Positions 28,618 through 36,109 of a stretch of DNA of 64,000 nt are shown in pieces. Each line of letters starts with the position of its first letter. Within the stretch, counting starts at the first letter, position 1. The DNA is taken from NCBI GenBank assembly GCA_038871515.1, contig JAVZHX010000001.1, forward strand, positions 224,001 to 288,000, given 5' to 3'. A program made the position numbers and the translations under genes. The notes under the pieces were generated by a model. The model saw nothing but the letters and a program-made list of their open reading frames with translations. It made no database searches and was not told the origin of the DNA. The DNA is from Candidatus Micrarchaeia archaeon (GTDB lineage: Archaea > Micrarchaeota > Micrarchaeia > Burarchaeales > Fermentimicrarchaeaceae).

Positions 28618-30074
28618 TTGGGCGCCCTTGTTTCCTTATCGAGGGCGTACCGCCCCAGCCAAACTATCCATCTGCCGGTGTCCCCTTTCAGGTTAGGAAC
28701 ACAGCAGCTGTAGAGCGGTGTTTCACTTTCGCATTCACACCCCCCGCAAGAGGTGTTTCGACGCTCCCGCTTACGCTGTGCAACAACCACCGTATCCCAA
28801 CGACAGACTATAGTAAAGCTCCACGGGGTCTTCGTTTCCCCCTAGAAGTCCTCGGCATCTTCACCGAGTAGTGAGTTCACCAGGTCCCAGATAGGGACAG
28901 CGGGACGCTCGTTATGCCCTTCATGCAAGCCACCAATTAAGCGGCGAGGTATTACGCTACCTTAAGAGGGTCAGAGTTACCCCCGCTCTTTGCCGGCGCT
29001 TTGCTCCATTGGACTGGAGTTTGACGTACCGGTAGTGAGCAGGCATCGCCCCCTATACTAAGCCTTTCGGCTTTGCAGGGAGCTGTGTTTTTGGTAAACA
29101 GTCGACGTCCCCTTGTCACTGCGACCTGCGGTTGCAGCTTGCGCCACAACTGCAGGCATGGCTTCTCCCGAAGTTACGCCACTGGATTGCCGAGTTCCCT
29201 TACCTGGGTTCTCCTGACACGCCTTGGCTTCCTCTGCCAGCAGCACCTGTACGAGTTCTAGGTACGAGCTCGTGGAATCGCTGCCAGCTTCCTTTTCACG
29301 GGCTCAAGGAATCAGCGGAACCACCTTGCGATGGCCTTCCCAGAGTTAGACTGCTTCTCCTCATAACGAGTCTCTGCAGTCTTGCAGAGGTTAGATGAGC
29401 TCTCGCTCACTCCACCTATCCCCAAGCGTCAGAAGCTGGCCTTGTGTCGCCACGTCTACCCACGAGGCACTGGAATCTTAACCAGTTTCCCTTTTGCTCC
29501 CGAGTAATTAGCTGGGAGCTTAGGATCGGCTTACTCTTAACTGACGAACATTGTTAAGAAAACCGTGTGCTATCCGGCGTCCAGGATTCTCACCTGGATT
29601 TGCTGTTACTAACACCAAGATATTTGTTTCTGACAGGTCCATTGGAACTCACGCCCCAACTTCTGCCCTGCCAGAACACCCCCCTACCAGATGATGCTTG
29701 CGGCATCCTCCGGGGTATCGGCACCTGGCTTAGCCCCGGTAATCTTCAGAGCCTGCACTCTCGACTGGTCCGCTGTTACGCGTTGTTTAAAGGATGGCTG
29801 CTTCTGAGCCTACCTTCCAGCTGTTTTAGAGTGGAGACTCCTTTGAGATTAGCACTTAGCCAGGATTTAGGGGCCTTAACCTCGGTCTCGGTCGTTCCCG
29901 TCCCGGCATGCTAGCTTACCCAGCACGCCCGACTCCCATCTTCTACGGTGATTGTGAATTCGGAGTTTGAAAAGACAGTAGAGCCTTTCGGCTCCGTTCT
30001 GCCTGATCAGTGCTCTACCTCACAATCCACCTCCAATGGGGCTATCCTAAGGGATACTTCGGGGGGAACCCGCT

Positions 30075-30989
30075 TTAGCGAGTTTAAAGGGCAGCATACA
30101 AAGATTCCATATCTTTCTTTTTTCTTATAATTGGAAAATCTTTAAATTTGTAAAAATTGTTTATTCCATAAATGTAAAGAGCAAATTTGTTTTTGTATGA
30201 ATAGATATGGGAAGTTCGGATACCAACCTCCTTTAAGATTTTTTTGATAAATTGTAGAGATTCTAGATTACTTTGGTAGAAAGCTAATTTTATCTTTCTT
30301 ATTTTTTTATAGGTCTGTTTGCTTGTGACGTAGCCTTCTGCATCGAAAAATCCAGCCAGATAATACTTCCAACATTTTGGATTTTCTTTTATTATTCTTG
30401 GTGTTTTCCAGTATTTCTGATCCATCGGCATTTCAAAGATATTTTCAAAGAAGAGGACGATTGGTTTTGAATTTACACGAAGACGGTATGAATTTTTGTC
30501 CATGTCTATTTTTGCTTCAACCAAGAAAATCTCATTGAAAATATCTCGCATTAACTGGATCCACTGCAATGCACCATTACCTGACTGGGTTAAGGCAATT
30601 GTATATCGATCCCCTTCTAATTTTGAAACGGAACCATCTCTCAACACTCCGACAAGATAAGCAAGTTTTGAATCCAGAAATTGGGGGAGTCTGACCCCCT
30701 TTTTACTTCTGGATTTAAATTCAGAAATGTTTTGGAACACTTCATCATAATTTTTCTTGCGTTCGTCTAAGAGGTCAAGTAGATAGTCGAGAGGAGTAAC
30801 TCCGCTACTCAAGCGATAATATTTAGTCGATTTTTTGAGTAGAGGAAACTCATCTCCGAACTGTCTTAGTATCTGAGGGTCTACTTTTACGTAGAGATTT
30901 TGGTTTTTCAGACAACTTAGGTAATTTGGTATTGGTATCTTCCATTTTTCCCACATGTCACTAGATTTATTTGCTGCCCTTATAAACTT
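30075..30989 (-). mobile_element. 23S intron, 915 nt, after about U803, ORF-containing
   Basis: GGCG AT|A AGTTTATAAGGGCAGCA...TGCTGCCCTTTAAACT CGCT AA|A. Confidence 0.9.
30084..30956 (-). CDS. Intron-encoded double-motif LAGLIDADG homing endonuclease
   Basis: LAYLVGVLRDGSV and YYLAGFFDAEG. Confidence 0.9.
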   Translation of the reverse strand: MWEKWKIPIPNYLSCLKNQNLYVKVDPQILRQFGDEFPLLKKSTKYYRLSSGVTPLDYLLDLLDERKKNYDEVFQNISEFKSRSKKGVRLPQFLDSKLAYLVGVLRDGSVSKLEGDRYTIALTQSGNGALQWIQLMRDIFNEIFLVEAKIDMDKNSYRLRVNSKPIVLFFENIFEMPMDQKYWKTPRIIKENPKCWKYYLAGFFDAEGYVTSKQTYKKIRKIKLAFYQSNLESLQFIKKILKEVGIRTSHIYSYKNKFALYIYGINNFYKFKDFPIIRKKKDMESLYAAL

Positions 30990-31762
30990 ATCGCCAAGTT
31001 CGATAGGACTATCACCCCTACACGCAGGTCACCCGAGCGGATATACCAGCACCGGTTGCGGGCCTCCACCAATCTGAGGATTGGCTTCGCCCTGCCCGCG
31101 TGTAGATCACATTGGCTTCGGGTCTGATGAAAGTGATTTATGGCACTTTCGTACCACCTGCCTCGCCCTTTCGGGTTGCGCAGTCTCGCTTTCGCTCCGC
31201 CTTTCGGCTCACCACTTCCATCAACTCCTTGGCTCTTGCTTCAAGAAGAACGATGCAACCCTGCTCAATCTCCCGTCGCTCTACATATTTCTACATATCG
31301 CTTCCAGGAGACCGCATTCCTTTCGGGCCGCACCTTCTGTAGCCACTCAGTTTCAGGCTCTTTTAACTCCCCTTTCGGGGTGCTTTTCAGCGTTCGCTCG
31401 CGCTACTTGTGCGCTATCGGTCTCAGGTTATATTTAGAGTTGGAAGTTGATGCTCCCATGTTCGCGCCCAATACTCAATGGACGCTACTCCGCGCATCCC
31501 CTCCCCTCCTGTTTTTCGCTTACGAGGCTTTCACTCTCTTTGGCAGCGCTTTCCAGCGCACTTCAGCTAGACAGAAGGAGAATGGAATGCATCACATCTC
31601 CCACAAGTTGCCCTGAGGGATTCGAATTGCCTCTGTGTGGCTTTCAGTCGCCCTTACTCACCACATCCCATTTGGTTTCTTTTCCTGCGGGTACTAAGAT
31701 GTTTCAATTCCCCGCGTGCTCCTTCACCTCTTTTGGAGGTGAATGATTCGGCAATCCCAGGT

Positions 31763-32680
31763 TCAAGGGCTGCCTGCGCCTATCAGGCTGCCGCAAAGAG
31801 ATTTTTTAAAGAGCAAAGAATTTGGGTGGGAAACAGGTATCAATTTTAAAAATTTTAAAATATTCACGCGCGGTCTTTTATTCACATACAATCTAAATGC
31901 AAATGAATTTTTTCTAGGAAGCGACTTGTGTAGAGTCGATATTATTTCTTGCTTTTGAAGTATTTTTCTAATGTCCTCCAAAGGTGGACAGGCAGATTTA
32001 TCGGACCATGCCTGATATAAACCTACCCTACCACTTTTCAAACTTTTATCCCCTTCCGCATCATAAAAACCTGCTATGTAATATTTCTGAAATTTGAATG
32101 GAGCGTTCAAAATTATTTGAGGTGTTGGTTTGAATTTATTTTTGAATTGACCTACCACATCAAGAAAAGCATAGAGCGGCTTTGAATTTAAAGAGAATTC
32201 ATGGGTGCCTTTTCTGAATCCTCTATAATGGAGCTTTAGAGCAAATGTTTTTTCTAATAATGGGTTAATTGTGTCAGTTATCCATCGTCTGTCTTTTTGG
32301 GATATGTGAATCTGGTATTTGTGCGATGACATACCTCCATCTCTGAAAGCACCTAAAATATAACAAAGTTCTGGTGTTAGTTTTTTTACTAATTTCATTG
32401 GCTTGTCTGATCTTTCACCTCGGATATACCCTATCTCTCTAAAAGTGAAATTCCATAGAGAAGTTTCTAGTTTTGCCAATTTTGAAATCAAATCTAAAGA
32501 GGGGTACCTAGACTTGCATAGTATACATCTTAGTGTGCTTTCTTTGTAGTTAAGGTCAATCTCGTTTGTTTTTGCCGTTTTTATCAAAACTCTTAATTTT
32601 TTTATATATTCTCGTGTTGGTACTAATCTAAGAGTTGGATACTCCTGCGCCATCGAGGTTAAATAATTGGGTAGTAACAC
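31763..32680 (-). CDS. Intron-encoded double-motif LAGLIDADG homing endonuclease
   Basis: LCYILGAFRDGG and YYIAGFYDAEG; linear stop lies in the exon. Confidence 0.88.
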   Translation of the reverse strand: MLLPNYLTSMAQEYPTLRLVPTREYIKKLRVLIKTAKTNEIDLNYKESTLRCILCKSRYPSLDLISKLAKLETSLWNFTFREIGYIRGERSDKPMKLVKKLTPELCYILGAFRDGGMSSHKYQIHISQKDRRWITDTINPLLEKTFALKLHYRGFRKGTHEFSLNSKPLYAFLDVVGQFKNKFKPTPQIILNAPFKFQKYYIAGFYDAEGDKSLKSGRVGLYQAWSDKSACPPLEDIRKILQKQEIISTLHKSLPRKNSFAFRLYVNKRPRVNILKFLKLIPVSHPNSLLFKKSLCGSLIGAGSP

Positions 32681-32740
32681 TATCCAATTTTGGATCCACC
32701 GTAATTTAAAGGTTTCATTTCCAATACTCTTCGCAGCAGA
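31782..32740 (-). mobile_element. 23S intron, 959 nt, near the 5' end (about position 83), ORF-containing
   Basis: CAGG GT|T CTGCTGCGAAGAG...CTCTTTGCGGCAG CCTG AT|A. Confidence 0.9.
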
Positions 32741-32920
32741 ACCCTGGGCTTATCGCAGCTTGCCACGGCCTTCCTCGCTACCTGAGCCAAGCCATCCCCT
32801 GAGCGGCATGACTCACTGCACTCGTTGATGCCAGGAACTGTAGCTTCTTCTCCTCTCACGGCTTCATGAACATCAGCCACTTCATTCAGAAAAACTTTCT
32901 GAATTGCATACATGTGCGGA

Positions 32921-33012
32921 TGGACTCGGCGAGATGTTCAGCAGTTTATCTGCTTTTGAACTCGCGGCCTCCTCCTCGCAAAGGAGGCGCTCTACCGCTG
33001 AGCTACGAGCCC
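32921..33012 (-). tRNA. tRNA-Ala(TGC) in the 16S-23S spacer with a 20-nt T-loop intron (59/60) at 32935-32954
   Basis: GGGCTCG/CGAGTCC acceptor; CCTCC-TTTGCGA-GGAGG; BHB TTCA AA|A ... TGAA CA|T. Confidence 0.93.
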
Positions 33013-33261
33013 ATAAGAGGCTTCAAGAACATTAAGAGTGAGCTTTCGCCTTACGCTCGCCTTGCACTCACTTCCTCGTTCTCATTTCATAGAACGATTT
33101 AAGGAGGTGATCTATCCGCAGGTTCCCCTACGGATACCTTGTTACGACTTAGCCCCTCTCATGAAGAATTAGCTCGACGAGACCCTTTCGAATCTCGCCT
33201 CACTAAAACCTCACTTGAGTGACTTGACGGGCGGTGTGTGCAAGGAGCGGGGACGTATTCA

Positions 33262-33812
33262 TTGAGCTGAAGAGACACCAAACTTTTAGTTGGGACTGTC
33301 ATGAAAAACTTTCTTACCTCTTGTCTACCATTTATATCCAGGCAGACACGTTTCCCACTCGTGAAAGTGGTCACTCGAATGCCGACACTTCGCAACAAAG
33401 TTGCGAGAAAATCTCTTATTTCCCTAGAAACAACAGCGAACCTGATTCTTGGATATGGTGGTTTGCGCCTCTGGTCTTTCTCAAGCCAACCCTCACTATC
33501 AAACCAACCGGCTGCATAGGCGAGTTGCTCTTCCAGAGAACCACGCCGAATTGCTTGAGGCACAGAAAGTAAATATGACTTTCTTCCGCGAGGAATTTCA
33601 TACTTCATAGTGAGCATATTAACTATGTTTATGGACACTAATCTCACTCGGCAGTTCCTCACATCTTCATGGGCTCCATCACTGCGGAACATTAATGCCA
33701 CCTTTCTACGAAAGGATGGATTGAAAATACGAATATCAACCCGATTCCTCCTAGTTTCGATATGACCGTCTCCACTCACAAGACCCGCGAGATAAGCTTC
33801 TCTGGTACTCAA
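33262..33812 (-). CDS. Intron-encoded LAGLIDADG homing endonuclease; stop predicted to be reached only on the circular intron (184 aa)
   Basis: AYLAGLVSGDG and AYAAGWFDSEG; SD GAGGTGA before TTG; no stop before the 3' splice site. Confidence 0.87.
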
Positions 33813-33837
33813 ATAATCACCTCTGGTGTCTCCTCAT
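33262..33837 (-). mobile_element. 16S intron, 576 nt, after about G1371, ORF-containing
   Basis: GAGC GG|A TGAGGAGACACCA...TGGTGTCTCTTCA GCTC AA|T. Confidence 0.92.
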
Positions 33838-33845
33838 CCGCTCGA

Positions 33846-33883
33846 GTTCACTCAGAATAGTTCAACTAGTGGACTATTCCGAT
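33846..33883 (-). other. 16S intron, 38 nt, after about 1363
   Basis: TCAC CA|A-hairpin-GTGA AC|T. Confidence 0.9.
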
Positions 33884-34048
33884 TGGTGACAAGCGATTAC
33901 TAGGGATTCCAGCTTCATGAGGGCGAGTTTCAGCCCTCAATCCGAACCTGGGCCGAGTTTGGGGATTAGCTCCTCCTCTCGGAGTGGCAACCCATTGTCT
34001 CGACCATTGTATGCCACGTGTAGCCCGGGAGATTCAGGGCATACTGAC

Positions 34049-34875
34049 TTCGGCTGAACAATTGGCGTAAGATTAGAAAATATTCTTGAGTTCATGTACT
34101 TTCGTACAGATATAATCGTAAGGTCCTTTCAACTCCTCATAATCGCTATGTTGAAGCGGTAGTTCTGTTTCGATAACTGCGATTAATTTAATCTTATTAT
34201 TTAAGAATTTTGTTTTATATCCTTGATACGCCAGCTCTCTGATTCTTTCCGTTTGTTTTCTCCTGTTGATGGTGTGCAAACGTTTGCATTGAATACCGAT
34301 ATTAAATTTTTTTATGTATATATCGACAATTGATTTATTATTTATTGGATAATTTATCTTACATTCTATCCCTTTGTTTTTCAGAAAATCGGCTACTTCT
34401 TTTTCCTGAGTGCTAAATCTTTTTGCTAAGGATCTCTGCGCTCCTAGCTGCCTTGCTTTAGAAGCTTTCTCTGAAAGAGCATTTGCTTTGAACCATCCCT
34501 TGGATTCTTGTTCGGATTTTTTGAAATTATCTCTTATCCTATTTTCAGATATTCGTATGTTTCCGAGTTTTGCTAAGAAATTCTCTGCAGTTCTGATTTG
34601 CATTTTCTTTACCTTTCCGGATTCGTATTTGTGCACATTCTTGCTGATGCCTAAAAATTTTTCAAATTGTGGTTGCGACATGCTTAGATTTAGTCTTAGT
34701 AAAAGAATATACCTGGGGTTGTTGGAAAGAGTTTCCGCACTTATTTTTGTGTAATTCTTAGAATCACGTCTGAAATTCGCAATTAAATTTTCTAGTCCAT
34801 ATTTTGTTGTTGAAATTGCTGGCATAGTTATATTACGGAGCAAGGATATTTTAATCTTACGGACCAATTGTTCAT
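34049..34875 (-). mobile_element. 16S intron, 827 nt, after about 1197, ORF-containing
   Basis: CGGT AG|A TGAACAATTGG...CCAATTGTTCA GCCG AA|G. Confidence 0.92.
34073..34825 (-). CDS. Intron-encoded XRE-HTH + PD-(D/E)xK-like putative endonuclease
   Basis: LRLNLSMSQPQFEKFLGIS..VHKYESG (HTH); QEKEV, IVDIY......IQCKR; ATG at 34825 inside the intron. Confidence 0.75.
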   Translation of the reverse strand: MPAISTTKYGLENLIANFRRDSKNYTKISAETLSNNPRYILLLRLNLSMSQPQFEKFLGISKNVHKYESGKVKKMQIRTAENFLAKLGNIRISENRIRDNFKKSEQESKGWFKANALSEKASKARQLGAQRSLAKRFSTQEKEVADFLKNKGIECKINYPINNKSIVDIYIKKFNIGIQCKRLHTINRRKQTERIRELAYQGYKTKFLNNKIKLIAVIETELPLQHSDYEELKGPYDYICTKVHELKNIF

Positions 34876-34958
34876 CTACCGTCGCCCTCTCCTTCCTCCT
34901 ACTTAACGTAGGCAGTCCCAACAGAGTGCTTCATCTCCGGAGAGATGAATCGCAACTG

Positions 34959-35462
34959 TCAGCAAGGGTCTCGCTCGTTTCCGGACCGCATGAGTGCTTT
35001 TTGGGAGTGCTTGAGAAATTTTTTAACAAATGCAAAAAACTCTTTTGGAGTAAGAATTGCAAGCTTTCCTTCTATGAACCTTGCTCTGAACCCCAAAAGC
35101 TCCAGAAGCATCTGCTCCTTTTCTGATGCTCTTGCGAGGTAAGGAGTATTTCCTTTTACTCCGCCGCAGGAGTCAAACAAACCTGCTAGGTATGAAGCAG
35201 AGTAGTCGTTCTTCTTCCTGAAAACATCAAGCTGATTTCTCTCAGCTTCCTCAAAGAATTTTCTGTATGCTGAATGGTAAAAGTAAATTTCATTTTCATT
35301 CAGCTGAATTTTCTGAGGAGGAATTTTGAGAGTTTTCAGCGCTTCTTTCAGGAAAATCTCGCGTATCTCTCCGCTTCCTCTTATTCCAACTCCTCTGGAA
35401 GCTTTCCTTCCTTTCCATAAACCAATCACATACGCCAGTTCAGGCGTCATTTTTATTTTCAT
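34959..35462 (-). CDS. Intron-encoded degenerate LAGLIDADG-family protein
   Basis: TPELAYVIGLWKG (no acidic residue) and YLAGLFDSCGG; SD-like GGAGTGAG; linear stop lies in the exon. Confidence 0.78.
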   Translation of the reverse strand: MKIKMTPELAYVIGLWKGRKASRGVGIRGSGEIREIFLKEALKTLKIPPQKIQLNENEIYFYHSAYRKFFEEAERNQLDVFRKKNDYSASYLAGLFDSCGGVKGNTPYLARASEKEQMLLELLGFRARFIEGKLAILTPKEFFAFVKKFLKHSQKALMRSGNERDPC

Positions 35463-35492
35463 CTCTCTCACTCCGGATGCACCCATGCGGTT
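34979..35492 (-). mobile_element. 16S intron, 514 nt, after about A1101, ORF-containing
   Basis: CCGG TA|A ACCGCATGGG...CTCATGCGGT CCGG AA|A. Confidence 0.92.
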
Positions 35493-35537
35493 TACCGGAC
35501 TTAACCGGACACTTCACAGCACGAGCTGACGATGGCC

Positions 35538-35643
35538 TTGTGCGAGAACGTCGCTTCTCCTTATAATCATAAATTGACGAGTGTCTGAGGACATTCAGAA
35601 CAATATTCTTTATATTTGTGTCTAATTAAGAGCGGCGTTCTCT
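35538..35643 (-). other. 16S intron, 106 nt, after about U1056
   Basis: GTGC AT|A GAGAACGCCGCT...AGCGACGTTCTC GCAC AA|G. Confidence 0.92.
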
Positions 35644-35745
35644 ATGCACCACCTCTCGGCTCGTCAGGCAAGATCTTCAGTCTGGCCTTCATACTGCCGT
35701 CGCTCCCGGTGATATTCCCGGCGTTGAATCCAATTGAACCGCAGC

Positions 35746-35818
35746 TTGTGGAACTCCAACCCCTCGTTTACACTAACCGACATATACGCGTCGGAATTGG
35801 GTCAAGGGTTTGGAATTA
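35746..35818 (-). other. 16S intron, 73 nt, after about 947
   Basis: GTGG AT|T AATTCCAAACCC...GGGGTTGGAGTT CCAC AA|G. Confidence 0.9.
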
Positions 35819-35834
35819 ATCCACCCCTTGTGGT

Positions 35835-35863
35835 ATGGGAAACAATAAGAATACTTATTGTTT
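35835..35863 (-). other. 16S intron, 29 nt, at about 931
   Basis: GGGA GC|A AACAATAAG-TATT-CTTATTGTT TCCC AT|A. Confidence 0.9.
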
Positions 35864-35876
35864 GCTCCCCCGCCAA

Positions 35877-35907
35877 TTCAGGAAGAACTAGCAATTGCTA
35901 ATTCTTT
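35877..35907 (-). other. 16S intron, 31 nt, after about A919
   Basis: AAGG AA|A AAGAATTAGC-AATT-GCTAGTTCTT CCTG AA|T. Confidence 0.9.
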
Positions 35908-35936
35908 TTCCTTTAAGTTTCAACCTTGCGGCCGTA

Positions 35937-35976
35937 ATTGGGGAAGCCCGCGCCGATAAATTTCGGTTAGGCTTCT
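35937..35976 (-). other. 16S intron, 40 nt, after about G890
   Basis: GGGG AG|A GAAGCC...GGCTTC CCCA AT|T. Confidence 0.88.
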
Positions 35977-36078
35977 CTCCCCAGGCGGCAGACTTAACAC
36001 CTACGCTACGGCACTGCCGTAACCCTAAGTTACGGCAACACCACAGTCTGCATAATTTACTGCTAGGGCTACTCGGGT

Positions 36079-36109
36079 GTTTAGTAACTCGAGAAGGTGC
36101 TCGAATCAT
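36079..36109 (-). other. 16S intron, 31 nt, after about U793
   Basis: TTAG AT|A TGATTCGAG...CTCGAGTTA CTAA AC|A. Confidence 0.9.

Larger units (their letters stand above)
26975..32822 (-). rRNA. 23S rRNA gene interrupted by 6 introns (about 2930 nt after splicing)
   Basis: Conserved LSU motifs (PTC, H69 GGTAGCGTAATACC, SRL AGTACGAGAGGAAC); terminal helix AGTGCAG/CTGCACT; ends approximate. Confidence 0.96.
26928..32871 (-). repeat. 23S pre-rRNA processing stem (arms at about 26928-26968 and 32833-32871) with BHB-like motif
   Basis: GCCGTGAG..GGAG AAG..GCTACAGTTCCT pairs with AGGAGCTGTAGC..CTCC AAA..CTCACGGC. Confidence 0.8.

Noticed and set aside
31255..31330. Extended hairpin with a CTACATAT tandem in 23S, possible extra intron
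   Set aside because: It falls in the variable helix 25 region and I found no BHB boundaries; treated as an expansion segment.
34826..34921. N-terminal extension of the 282-aa ORF
   Set aside because: It begins inside the 16S exon; ATG34825 inside the intron is more plausible.
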